A stretch of 64,000 nucleotides of DNA from contig JAIBBM010000024.1 of NCBI GenBank assembly GCA_019694685.1, positions 698-64,697 on the forward strand. The letters run 5' to 3'. Positions 28,200-37,756 of the stretch are shown here, in pieces; the stretch's first letter is position 1; each line of letters starts with the position of its first letter. Under the pieces are notes generated by a model. The model had not been told where the DNA came from. It saw nothing but the letters and a program-made list of their open reading frames with translations, and did no database searches. Made by a program: the position numbers and the translations under genes. Source of the DNA: Leptospirales bacterium (lineage in GTDB: Bacteria > Spirochaetota > Leptospiria > Leptospirales > Leptonemataceae).

Positions 28200-29516
28200 C
28201 TACCGACTGGCAGCTTCTCTCCTTCTTTCTTCCGCAACTTTCATGATGTGACTGGCGAATGCCGGATAACGGGATAGAATGAAATCAAAATCCCTTTTCT
28301 TGAGAACGTAAAGATCACAGTATCCGCGTGCTCGCGCACTTGCGGTTCGCTCTGTCTTATAAATCAGTGCCATTTCCCCGAGAAAACTCCCTTCTGTAAG
28401 CTCTGTGAATACCTGAGAGCCATCGCGCGATACAATCTCCACTATACCAGAGCTTACAATGTACATGCAGTCTCCCATTTCACCTTCGCGGATGATGAAG
28501 GATCCTGGAATGTAGGCTGCCGGTCTGAGTGCCATGACAATGTCGCGAAGCAAATCCTCAGACGCCTCTCTGAAGAATGGAACCTTCTGAATCAGGTCCT
28601 TTCGCATGGCCAGTGCAATGTCCACTCGCAGCGACTGTGGAAGATCGCTCAGCAATTCTGCTTCATCCTGACCCATCCTGCTTTCCCAGACGTGATCATA
28701 GTAAGCAAGAATCTGAGATCGCAGATCAGATGGGATGGCGCGATATCTGAGGAACGCAGTGACTTCTTCTAACTTCTTGAAATAGTTTGCGCGCACAATG
28801 TCTCGATTTGCAAGGAAGCTGGCCATGTTCCCAATCACAAAGCCGTAGCTTCCCACTCCGATCATCATCAAGCCCAGAGCGAAGATCCTCTGTATGTTGT
28901 TGTGTGGGGTAATGTCTCCGTAACCCACGCTGGCAAGCGTGGTCACAGTAAAGTAGAGAGCTTTAATGTAAATGGTGACTGGATCTGTTTCATCCGTGAT
29001 TCCATCGAGCAAGATCCAACCGCATGCCAGCATGTGAGTGATCAGAGAAATCAACAGTACAAAGTATCCAAGACGAAACAAGCCGGGATTGAGTGCATGC
29101 TTTCTCTGGAATTGAGAGAACACTTCATTGACCCGAAGCAATTTCAACAGACGATGAATCTGCAAAAATCGAATCACTCGCAGAAGCTGTGTTGCTTCCG
29201 CCGCGTCTGTTCCGTGGATCAAGAAGAACGGAAGAGCCGCAATCAAATCCAGAATGAACCAGGAACGAAGGTAATGAACCGCTATGCGCCTGGGGTCCAG
29301 AATGATCCTATTTTCAAATCGAAAGCCTGTAAAAAAATGAAGAACAATATCAACTCCAAAAGAAATCGAAAGCAAAGACTCAAACCACAACAGGGATGAG
29401 TGAAACGGAACATGCAGCGCAATCTGGAGAGGAATGATCAGTGCACATGCAACGGTGAGAACCAGCATGTAAAGATCCCAGAACTCTTTGAGTTTGCTCT
29501 CAGGATGAATGATCAC
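28200..29516 (-). CDS. Cyclic-nucleotide-gated K+ channel (6TM voltage-sensor-like + pore + cNMP-binding domain)
   Basis: 438 aa with a GTG start. S4-like LRVIRFLQIHRLLKLLRV. K+ selectivity filter TLASVGYGD. C-terminal cNMP-binding signature FLGEMALI..RTASARA. Confidence 0.85.
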   Translation of the reverse strand: MIIHPESKLKEFWDLYMLVLTVACALIIPLQIALHVPFHSSLLWFESLLSISFGVDIVLHFFTGFRFENRIILDPRRIAVHYLRSWFILDLIAALPFFLIHGTDAAEATQLLRVIRFLQIHRLLKLLRVNEVFSQFQRKHALNPGLFRLGYFVLLISLITHMLACGWILLDGITDETDPVTIYIKALYFTVTTLASVGYGDITPHNNIQRIFALGLMMIGVGSYGFVIGNMASFLANRDIVRANYFKKLEEVTAFLRYRAIPSDLRSQILAYYDHVWESRMGQDEAELLSDLPQSLRVDIALAMRKDLIQKVPFFREASEDLLRDIVMALRPAAYIPGSFIIREGEMGDCMYIVSSGIVEIVSRDGSQVFTELTEGSFLGEMALIYKTERTASARARGYCDLYVLKKRDFDFILSRYPAFASHIMKVAEERRREAASR

Positions 29517-29602
29517 GTTTGTTCTGCCTTCGAACCATTCGAACGATTCGTCGATGTCTGGACAACCCTGCCGACGGAAATCAGGCTGGCAACCTGATTC
29601 GT

Positions 29603-31204
29603 ATGGAACTTCGCATCCCGGGCATAGAAGAATGGATCCTGCTGTTCCATCTTTTCTTTCTTCTCCCTGGAATTATTGGACTTACTTTCATAGAGGGGAA
29701 ATCCAGATATCCCTTTCGGATCGCGGCGTGCTCGACTGCTCTTGCCATGTTTCTCAAACCTGGACTCGCGTCCGCGGCTCTCACCATTCCAACGATTGCA
29801 GGATCAATGGTCTCTTTCGCGCATGGCTTTCGCCTGCTGGGCCTGAGGGCCTTCGCGGATAGGGGTCGCCATCGCCTGAGCCACGCATGCATGGCCGCCG
29901 GGTTGATGTATCTACCGGTGGGGACAGGCTTTCTTTTCGCATTTCGCGCAGGACTGAATACCGGCTACTCGGATGCGATCACTTCACTGACTTCGGTTCA
30001 TTTTCACTACGCTGCCTTTAGCACGAGCATTCTTGCTGGCTTCATCACGCGCGCGACGGATGAGAGCACCTGGCCTCGCTTTCAACCTCTGCTGCTTCTA
30101 GGAGTGATGACTGGACCGGCAGTGACTGGAATTGGAATTGCTCTTGGTTCCCGCGTGGAACTGTTTGCTTCTCTCTACATGACGGTCTTCGCATCCGCCC
30201 TGGCATTCACCTGGATTTTCCGCGTGACTTTCAACGGAGCGGGCGTGCGAAGATCGGCCGGAGTAAACCATCCCAATCGTCTTCGCGCATATCTGGGCGT
30301 CTCTTCCATTTGCTTGCTTATGGCCATGGCACTTGCTTCTACCTACGCGATTCGCCCAGACCTGGGGGCATTTCCCTGGATCTACTGGATGATTCGCACC
30401 CATGGAATTCTAAACTCCGCGGGATTCGTTGTTCCAGCCACGATCGCGGCTCTCTATTGCCTGGGACCCTTGCCTCCATTTCAAGCTGTGCTGAGTCGCC
30501 TAACGGGAAAACTCACGATCGGAAAGGATTCTCTCAATGAGCGATTCCTGGAACAAACGCCAGGCCTTCTCTCGCTGGATGATTTCGCATCCCCGCAATT
30601 TTCGCCGCGCTCAGTCCATGCTACGATCCGCGATTTCTACCTTCGCACATCCGAGTACACAATGACCGTTCAATCGAGATGGCTTCCGGGCTTCAGGCTT
30701 GCGGGAAGACTGTTTAAGAGCTTCAGCCGCAAGATTGGACAGATCAATTTTCCGGAACACAAAGTGCGCAGGCAAACACACGGGAGGCTCTTTCGCGCCA
30801 GTCCGGACAACCGTGGCGAACTGACTGCCTGGGTCAGAACGTATGTTGAATCGCCAGATCAAAAAACAGAATCATGTCTTTATGCGGCACTCTACGCGAA
30901 GATGCCGTCCTCTCTTGTAAACATCGCCATGATCATGCCCGGAGGCAATCTCACCAGCATACTGCGCTTTTCCAATGACGCGCACGACGGACTCATCCTG
31001 TCTTCTATCCCCGAAGCTGAACCGGACACAGGCATCTATTTCGCTTTGTTCGGGCGCCTTGCCCTTCGCCTGCCCATGGACGAATCGTTCCACCTGGTGG
31101 CGGACAACGAGCACATTCGGGCACTGCATTCCATGGAACTATTCGGGTACACATTCCTGACTCTGGATTTTGAGATCGCAAAAGCAAATCTCAGATCCGC
31201 TTGA
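29603..31204 (+). CDS. Polytopic membrane protein with C-terminal soluble domain, unknown function
   Basis: About 8 hydrophobic helices in the first 300 aa, then a roughly 230-aa soluble region. I prefer the ATG at 29603 to the TTG at 29519. A possible YndJ-like relationship is an unverified impression. Confidence 0.5.
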   Translation: MELRIPGIEEWILLFHLFFLLPGIIGLTFIEGKSRYPFRIAACSTALAMFLKPGLASAALTIPTIAGSMVSFAHGFRLLGLRAFADRGRHRLSHACMAAGLMYLPVGTGFLFAFRAGLNTGYSDAITSLTSVHFHYAAFSTSILAGFITRATDESTWPRFQPLLLLGVMTGPAVTGIGIALGSRVELFASLYMTVFASALAFTWIFRVTFNGAGVRRSAGVNHPNRLRAYLGVSSICLLMAMALASTYAIRPDLGAFPWIYWMIRTHGILNSAGFVVPATIAALYCLGPLPPFQAVLSRLTGKLTIGKDSLNERFLEQTPGLLSLDDFASPQFSPRSVHATIRDFYLRTSEYTMTVQSRWLPGFRLAGRLFKSFSRKIGQINFPEHKVRRQTHGRLFRASPDNRGELTAWVRTYVESPDQKTESCLYAALYAKMPSSLVNIAMIMPGGNLTSILRFSNDAHDGLILSSIPEAEPDTGIYFALFGRLALRLPMDESFHLVADNEHIRALHSMELFGYTFLTLDFEIAKANLRSA

Positions 31205-31236
31205 CGCGCAGCTCTTCTACTCCATTCTCCAGGGAG

Positions 31237-32859
31237 ATGTCTTCTTTCACTGCAACCAAATGGCGATTTCGCCTCGCCCTGGGATTTCTCATCTTTGCTG
31301 CCGCAGCCGCATGGGCCGCCAGCTATTATCACATAGCGTACATCTTCTCTGATTCAGCACGAGGCAATGAAGACGTTGCAAAACTTCTCACCCTCGTTGA
31401 TATTCTTTCTGGATCCCTTCTCGCAGCACTTTTGTTCGCGGCCGTTTTTATCTTTCGCCCACTGGTTCTTGGCCTGGGCCGTCAGCATAGAATTCTGGAA
31501 AGTCTGGAATCAAGGTCCAGAGCTGTGGTAGAGAGTGCACCGGACGGAATTCTGGCATTCGACGAAAAAGGGATCATCGAATCTTTCAATCCTGCGGCAG
31601 AGAAATTGTTTGCATGCAGTGCATCAGAAGTGATCGGAAAAAGCATCCAGACCATCATCCCGGGTTACAGAGGCTCCCTCGAAGTAAATGCGGAAACATC
31701 TGCATCACGCATCACCGGCATAGAAAGGCAAATCGTGGGACACAGATGGGATGGATCCACATTTGACATGGATCTTACCGTAAGTGAACTCATGGTGGAC
31801 GACAAAAAACTAACCATGGCGATCATCCGTGATGTATCTGCGCGCACAGAAGCAGAACAACAAATGAAAGAAAGCGAAGAACGCTTGCGTTTGATCGTGG
31901 AACATTCTCCAGATGCCATTGCGATTCACGCAGCGGGCACGGTGATTTTTGTAAACCCGCGAGGAGTGGAGCTTCTGGGAGCACAAAAGGCCGGAGACAT
32001 TCTGGGTAGACCCATACTCGATTTTGTTCCGCACGAAATGCGAAAAACAGTCATAGAACGGATCCAGACCATGATTCAGAAAAACGAAAAAGTTCCCATG
32101 CTTGAAGAAAGATTCGTGCGTCTGGACGGCAAGGCGGTCGACGTAGAAGTCATTGCAATTCCATTGTCTGTCGGAGGTAAACCGGCCATTCAGGTGGTCG
32201 CGCGAGATATCTCACGCAGAAAGGCGGCGGATGCAGAAATCAGAAAATCGCTCAAAGAAAAGGAAGTTCTTCTCAAAGAAATTCATCATCGCGTGAAAAA
32301 CAATCTTCAGGTCATTGTCAGCCTCCTCGACCTGCAGAGCGATCGAGTGGAAGACAGAGTGGCACTCGAAGCATTGCGCGAATGTCAGAATAGAGTGAAA
32401 TCCATTTCCCTGATCCATGAAAGACTCTACGAATCTAGAGATCTGGCTCAGGTAGATTTTCCAGAGTACATTCGCATGCTCATGGACAATTTACTGCGGT
32501 CCTACGGTGTGGAACCGGACAGAGTGCGCATGCGAATCGAAGTGGTGGACATTCGCCTGGGACTCGACACTGCCATCCCATGCGGTCTGATCATCCATGA
32601 ACTTGTGTCCAACGCGCTCAAGCATGCTTTCCCGGGCGGACGTTCAGGAGAAATCAGAGTAGGCATCTACGCAGACGGTGATAGAAATTTCCTAGTGGTG
32701 TCAGACAATGGCAAAGGATTCGGAGGGGTCAGCGATTTTAGAACTGTATCCTCGCTGGGTCTTCAACTTGTGGATACATTGACTTCGCAAATCAACGGAA
32801 ATATCGATTTCCATACAAACGGTGGTACAGAGTTTATCATTTCATTCCAGCAGGCGTAA
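31237..32859 (+). CDS. PAS-PAS sensor histidine kinase, HisKA_2 type
   Basis: Two N-terminal TMs and two PAS segments (APDGILAFDEKGIIESFNPAAEKLF; SPDAIAIHAAGTVIFVNPRGVELLG). H-box EIHHRVKNNLQVIVSLLDLQ. ATPase motifs HELVSNALKHAF, VSDNGKGF, LGLQLV. The start is uncertain (ATG 31237 or TTG 31201). Confidence 0.85.
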   Translation: MSSFTATKWRFRLALGFLIFAAAAAWAASYYHIAYIFSDSARGNEDVAKLLTLVDILSGSLLAALLFAAVFIFRPLVLGLGRQHRILESLESRSRAVVESAPDGILAFDEKGIIESFNPAAEKLFACSASEVIGKSIQTIIPGYRGSLEVNAETSASRITGIERQIVGHRWDGSTFDMDLTVSELMVDDKKLTMAIIRDVSARTEAEQQMKESEERLRLIVEHSPDAIAIHAAGTVIFVNPRGVELLGAQKAGDILGRPILDFVPHEMRKTVIERIQTMIQKNEKVPMLEERFVRLDGKAVDVEVIAIPLSVGGKPAIQVVARDISRRKAADAEIRKSLKEKEVLLKEIHHRVKNNLQVIVSLLDLQSDRVEDRVALEALRECQNRVKSISLIHERLYESRDLAQVDFPEYIRMLMDNLLRSYGVEPDRVRMRIEVVDIRLGLDTAIPCGLIIHELVSNALKHAFPGGRSGEIRVGIYADGDRNFLVVSDNGKGFGGVSDFRTVSSLGLQLVDTLTSQINGNIDFHTNGGTEFIISFQQA

Positions 32860-32868
32860 GGAGCGACT

Positions 32869-34050
32869 ATGAAAGAGGCAAAGATCTTAATCGTCGAAGA
32901 CGAAAACATTGTTGCGTTGAACCTGCAAACCAGGCTCAAAAGTCTGGGCTATCAGGTGGCAGGCATGGCCTCAACCGGGGAAGACGCGGTGAAGAAGTGC
33001 GCAGAAACCATGCCTGATCTAGTGCTCATGGACATCATGTTACGCGGAGAAATGGACGGAGTAGCCGCAGCAGACCAGATCCGCGAGAAGTACCACGTGC
33101 CTGTAGTCTATCTCACAGCATATGCGGATGATGTGACTCTAGAGCGTGCGAAGGTAACAGAACCGTTTGGTTACATGCTCAAGCCCTTCGAAGTAAAAGA
33201 AATTCGCACAACCATTGAGATCGCCCTGTATAAACACCGGATGGATCGCCTGCTTCAGGAAAGTGAAGAAAGGTACTCCGTTGCAGTTCATGGCTCAAAC
33301 GACGGAATCTGGGACTGGGATCTTGTAAAGAATCAAGTGTACTACTCCCCCAGATGGAAGGCCATCCTGGGATGCACGGACGCAGAAATCGGTAACACTC
33401 CAGAGGAGTGGCTGTCGCGCGTTCATCCGGAGGAACGCGAAGCACTGGACATGGCCATCGAAAGGCATCTGGCCGCCGTGACTCCGCATATGGAATGCGA
33501 GTTTAGAATCCTCGCAAAAAACGGACAGCATCGCTGGGTCTTCGCACGCGGTCTGGCTGTGCGCGGCACCGGAGGAAAGGCAATCAGAATGGCAGGATCC
33601 CTGGCTGACATTACGCGGCGCCATCAGGCAGAAGAAAAACTGGTTCGAATGACGGAACACGATCCTATCACGGACCTTCTGACTGAATCAGCGTTTCTTG
33701 AAAAACTTTACCATGCTGCCGGCGGAAGTCGGGACTCTACCGTTATGCGCCTTTCATTGACAAAATTCAATTCTGTTTATGCAGCCCAGGGGCCTGCATC
33801 TGCACATGACCTGGCAGCACATGCTGCAAAAGTGATGATCTCAAGATTGACGTCAGGCGCCATTGCGAGGCTATTCGGCGGAGAGTTTGCCATACTTCTG
33901 GCAGATGCGGATCCAGTGAGGGTGAAATTATTGCTCACTGAAATCACTCAGGACCTGGATCGGCTTTCTATTCCATGTGTGACCGGCTTTGCCATTCTCA
34001 AAGCAGGTGGAGATTACAATCTGGCGCTGTGCGAAGCTGCAAAGTACTGA
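32869..34050 (+). CDS. Response regulator: REC + PAS + degenerate/truncated GGDEF domain
   Basis: REC: ILIVEDE...LVLMDIML...YLTAYAD..KPF. PAS: NDGIWDWDL..YYSPRWKAILG. GGDEF-like: HDPITDLLTESAF...RLFGGEFAILL, which lacks the full GG(D/E)EF motif and the upstream D-x-D. Confidence 0.8.
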   Translation: MKEAKILIVEDENIVALNLQTRLKSLGYQVAGMASTGEDAVKKCAETMPDLVLMDIMLRGEMDGVAAADQIREKYHVPVVYLTAYADDVTLERAKVTEPFGYMLKPFEVKEIRTTIEIALYKHRMDRLLQESEERYSVAVHGSNDGIWDWDLVKNQVYYSPRWKAILGCTDAEIGNTPEEWLSRVHPEEREALDMAIERHLAAVTPHMECEFRILAKNGQHRWVFARGLAVRGTGGKAIRMAGSLADITRRHQAEEKLVRMTEHDPITDLLTESAFLEKLYHAAGGSRDSTVMRLSLTKFNSVYAAQGPASAHDLAAHAAKVMISRLTSGAIARLFGGEFAILLADADPVRVKLLLTEITQDLDRLSIPCVTGFAILKAGGDYNLALCEAAKY

Positions 34051-34074
34051 AGAATATCAATGGCATCCCTTAGC

Positions 34075-34935
34075 TCAATGAGCCAGTGCATCCAGGAGTG
34101 CAGCCTCAATGAGATCCGGATGGGCCCAGGGAACAAAGTGGTCCATGGCAGGATCGCGCACAACGGTCAGGGGCACCTGACGCAAATTCTTCTCCAGGAA
34201 ATCTGCATTTCCAGGTGGAACGAGGTCATCGCGGCCCCCCTGAATTACGTAAGACCTGGATTTAATGTTCTGCCACAGAGGAATCATCGCAAGTAGCTCG
34301 GACCGGAGAGGAAGTATTTCCTGATTGGTTACGTCCAGCATCGCAGGCAGGAAAAATCGAACCACGCCCGTATTTCCTGCCTTCTGATACCAGTGGACTG
34401 TTTCAAGATCCGGATCCACGGAAGCGGCAACAAATACGAGAGCATGATACGACAGGGGGCGATCCATAGCCATGCGCGCAATGACAGGTCCACCAAATGA
34501 ATGGCCTACCAATATGACGCGTCCAGTACTGACTGGTTGAATTCTTCCAGGACGAACTGCTGGACCACTCTGCTCAAGACGCACACCTTCTGCGATCAAT
34601 GCCGCCTGACGTTCCAGACTCAACTCAGCGGTTCCGTTTCCGGATTCGCCAAACCCTGGACGATCAAATGAAATCACTCTCGCGCGCGAAAGTAGAGATT
34701 CGTTCATCAAAAAGCGTGCAAATGCATCCCAGGAGCCAGGAGAGCCATGAACGAATACGATGAGATCCCGGCCCTGGCCTGCGCGCACATAGTGCATGCG
34801 CCTGCCGCCGGATTCGTAGTACATGTGCGCATTTGGAAATCGGTCGAGAAACGTCTGTTTATCTTTTTCTATCTGCTTGAAATACGGAAAACAGGCTGTC
34901 AGAAGGAAAATGGGAACAACCAGACATCTTTTCAC
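34075..34935 (-). CDS. Alpha/beta hydrolase lipoprotein
   Basis: Lipobox IFLLTAC. HG oxyanion motif FVHGSPGS. Nucleophile elbow VGHSFGG. C-terminal histidine region DHFVPWAHP. Confidence 0.8.
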   Translation of the reverse strand: MKRCLVVPIFLLTACFPYFKQIEKDKQTFLDRFPNAHMYYESGGRRMHYVRAGQGRDLIVFVHGSPGSWDAFARFLMNESLLSRARVISFDRPGFGESGNGTAELSLERQAALIAEGVRLEQSGPAVRPGRIQPVSTGRVILVGHSFGGPVIARMAMDRPLSYHALVFVAASVDPDLETVHWYQKAGNTGVVRFFLPAMLDVTNQEILPLRSELLAMIPLWQNIKSRSYVIQGGRDDLVPPGNADFLEKNLRQVPLTVVRDPAMDHFVPWAHPDLIEAALLDALAH

Positions 34936-34955
34936 GCTGATTGCTCCTCAAGCGG

Positions 34956-35438
34956 CTAGTGCGCTCTAAAATATTCGATCATGTCCGTTACCGGAGGTTT
35001 GCCTTTGACCCGCCGAATGAGGGACGCTGCCTGCCCACGATGATATGTAGCGTGATTGGAAACGTGAAGCAAAATTTGAACGAGCGGAGTGGTGAATTCC
35101 ACTCCTTTGAGGTTCTTGTAAGAAATTTCACGGAGCAAATCCACTTCTGAAAGCCCGTCGATCAGCGCATGATACTTGTGCCGAACGGCTTTCTGGCGTT
35201 CAATGTAGTTGAATTTATCCGTAAAATCGAGTTTGAATGGAGGGGACACTTCCCCCTCAATTCTGCGCATCCAGACATCATCTGCAGCACACACATGTCC
35301 GAGTTTGTCTCGAATGGATCCGTTTCCGTCTCCGAGATCTCGCGTGAATTCTTCGTCCGTCAATTCAGAGACGACTGCGAAGAACTGGTCTTGAGCCCAG
35401 AAATTGTACTTCCAGAATGTCCGGACCGCTTCGAGCAT
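34956..35438 (-). CDS. DinB-family protein
   Basis: 160 aa. Contains YNFWAQDQFF, IRDKLGHV and LLHVSNHATYHRGQ, the DinB four-helix metal-binding histidine pattern. Confidence 0.75.
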   Translation of the reverse strand: MLEAVRTFWKYNFWAQDQFFAVVSELTDEEFTRDLGDGNGSIRDKLGHVCAADDVWMRRIEGEVSPPFKLDFTDKFNYIERQKAVRHKYHALIDGLSEVDLLREISYKNLKGVEFTTPLVQILLHVSNHATYHRGQAASLIRRVKGKPPVTDMIEYFRAH

Positions 35439-35439
35439 C

Positions 35440-36747
35440 TTAACCCGCCCGGAACAGCTGACGATACTCCAGTTTGCCGCGCAGGCTGAAGAAAGGAGAA
35501 CCGGATGCTTTTGCCAGAAATTCTGGAACCTGAATCTTTTCTTTTTCGATGAACTTGCGCACCGCGTCCACTCCGCCGAGCACGTCTACCCATGCAGTAG
35601 GTGGAACCCAGTTGAAACCGAATCCCATCGCACCATCTACTCCGTTTGCATCTGTCACATCTGGAATCAATGAGAAAGAGTAAGCAATGTAACGAGCAAT
35701 GAAGTGTCTCAACAGATCCGCTTCCATACCAGGTGCAGTCAGAATGATAGAACCCAGCTTCTGATAATCGGAAGCCTGAATGGCGGTAACCGCATCCTTT
35801 TTGAATGGAACCTGGATTTTGGCCAGAGGCTCATAGTCGCCTTTCTTGATGTTGTATACAAAGCGATCTGTGGTTCCGTCCGCTTTCTTCTCACGGCGAT
35901 ACAAACCTTTTCCTGCCTTGTTTCCCAATGAACCCGCATCGATCAGCTTTTGCATGTAGGCAGGAAGCTTGAATGTTTCGTGCGCATTGTCTTTTGTATT
36001 GGCGTAGATGTTATCCACGATTGCCTTGTGAACGTCCAGACCCACCAGATCCACAGTTGCAAGCGGGCTCATGGCGCGGCCAGTATACCCGCCCAGGATT
36101 GCGTCCAGAAGAGCAATTCCGCCTTTGTCCTGAACCCCTTCCGCCATTTGCGCGGCTTCGTTCATGAGCTGGAATCCAATTCTGTTTCCTGCAAATCCGG
36201 GTCTGTCATTGCACAGAATCACCTGGCGAAGAAGAGTCTTCTGAAGATACTGAGCGATTTCTTTTGTGAATGCAGGATCATTCTTTGGTTGAGTGATCAA
36301 TTCACACAAAACCAGTTTGTAGGGAGGATTGAAGAAGTGAGTGCCGTAATAGTACTTCTGCCCGTCTGCATCAAAATGAGATGCGAGCCTCTCAATGGAA
36401 AGACCGGAGCTGACAGTAGATACAATGGTGCCTGGCTTACGTGATGCTGCGATTCTCTTATTGAGAGGTTCTTTGATCGCGTAGTCTTCTGCTACAAGCT
36501 CAAACACCCAATCGCTTTCAGAAACTGCCTTTTCTAGGTCCGCATCATACGTTCCAGGAATGAAATTCTTTTCGATCACACCGGAGCGAACAGAGTCTAC
36601 TGCGATCTTGATGCCTTCTTTTGCTTTGTCTACGCTGCGCGCGAGCATATGGACTTTCGCATGCCCAAAGGCGGCCACAATCGCCGCGCTATTTGCGCCC
36701 ATCGTTCCGTTTGCGCCTAAAACGGTTACAGTCTTGATCTCTCTCAT
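35440..36747 (-). CDS. 3-hydroxyacyl-CoA dehydrogenase family protein
   Basis: 435 aa. N-terminal Rossmann [25 protein letters not shown] motif. GFAGNRI. C-terminal HADH dimerisation-like region. Confidence 0.8.
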   Translation of the reverse strand: MREIKTVTVLGANGTMGANSAAIVAAFGHAKVHMLARSVDKAKEGIKIAVDSVRSGVIEKNFIPGTYDADLEKAVSESDWVFELVAEDYAIKEPLNKRIAASRKPGTIVSTVSSGLSIERLASHFDADGQKYYYGTHFFNPPYKLVLCELITQPKNDPAFTKEIAQYLQKTLLRQVILCNDRPGFAGNRIGFQLMNEAAQMAEGVQDKGGIALLDAILGGYTGRAMSPLATVDLVGLDVHKAIVDNIYANTKDNAHETFKLPAYMQKLIDAGSLGNKAGKGLYRREKKADGTTDRFVYNIKKGDYEPLAKIQVPFKKDAVTAIQASDYQKLGSIILTAPGMEADLLRHFIARYIAYSFSLIPDVTDANGVDGAMGFGFNWVPPTAWVDVLGGVDAVRKFIEKEKIQVPEFLAKASGSPFFSLRGKLEYRQLFRAG

Positions 36748-36839
36748 TCCAAACTCCAGGGTCTATTTCGAATAATCCTGAATCCGTCTAAACGCGTAGG
36801 CGGTCAAGAACGATCGCATTTTGCACGAATCACCCCGGA

Positions 36840-37667
36840 TCAGGGTATGGGCAATTCTACGGAGAAGATGGTGGAATTGCCCGCGGAACGATACTGGATC
36901 AAAGTAGAATACTTGATCTCAGCCGTAAAAGGAGCATATCCCTCCTTGAGGAAAAGGATGATGCTTCGCAGACCCGCGCCAAATCCGCCGCCCGCATGAT
37001 CTTCCTGCTTGTCGTAAAGGCGAACAGATGCGTCGCGCGAATTCTTACCCGCCATCATGAGGTCTTCTTTGATCTTCTCGAGGTTGTATTCCACACGCTG
37101 CTTGTCAATGACCGTGATAGGCGAATTGTTGATTACGTTTACAAACAGGGTCTGGTGTCCGCTTTTTGCCTTCACGCGAAGAGTCACATCTATCTTCTTA
37201 TTAAATCTTTCTGAAAGAGCGAATGAATTGGTTTTGTGCATCTCAATGAGTTTGAGAATAGAAGAGGTCAGGTCCACATTTGTAAGGTTGTATTTCTTTA
37301 GTAAGTCAGTCTGGTTGTGCTCTATTGCATAATCTACTTCTGTCTGCACTTTGTCCTGGGCTGCCTGATCATTCTGAAGTTTATTTTCCGCGACAATTCT
37401 TTGCATGAGCGCGTTACGAAGCAGCGCCCAGCGATTATTTGCCTTGTTCGCGTTGTTGATCAATTCCCCTAGAGACCAGAAGACCGCTTCAGAGAGAAGT
37501 TCATGGTTCGAGATTTCGTTTCCCTGTTGCCCGGAAGGGTCGCGAAAGATGTTCATGATGGTAGCGCGAAGCTTGCGCTCGATGGTCGGGATATAATCCT
37601 TCCCGACGGACACAACATGATCTTTTGCGGTGAGGTCCGCTATTGGAATCGGCTCAGAACCAGCCAT
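36840..37667 (-). CDS. Stand-alone GHKL/histidine-kinase-like ATPase-fold protein, unknown function
   Basis: 275 aa. N-box-like GELINNANKAN, G1-like NVINNSPI, G2-like GGGFGAGLRSI. There is no H-box/DHp and no sensor domain. Confidence 0.45.
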   Translation of the reverse strand: MAGSEPIPIADLTAKDHVVSVGKDYIPTIERKLRATIMNIFRDPSGQQGNEISNHELLSEAVFWSLGELINNANKANNRWALLRNALMQRIVAENKLQNDQAAQDKVQTEVDYAIEHNQTDLLKKYNLTNVDLTSSILKLIEMHKTNSFALSERFNKKIDVTLRVKAKSGHQTLFVNVINNSPITVIDKQRVEYNLEKIKEDLMMAGKNSRDASVRLYDKQEDHAGGGFGAGLRSIILFLKEGYAPFTAEIKYSTLIQYRSAGNSTIFSVELPIP

Positions 37668-37756
37668 AGGGCGCTACATTTCCATCCGGCATGGATAGAT
37701 AAAGGCATTTTTTGGGAAATGTTCTGGTTCTGGTAAGGCCGCCGGCAAAGGTCGCC

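Noticed and set aside
29519-29602. TTG-initiated 28-aa extension of the membrane protein gene, starting 3 nt from the divergent K-channel start
   Set aside because: It leaves no promoter space for either divergent gene, and the first ATG (29603) precedes the first hydrophobic helix. This is uncertain and kept only as an alternative.
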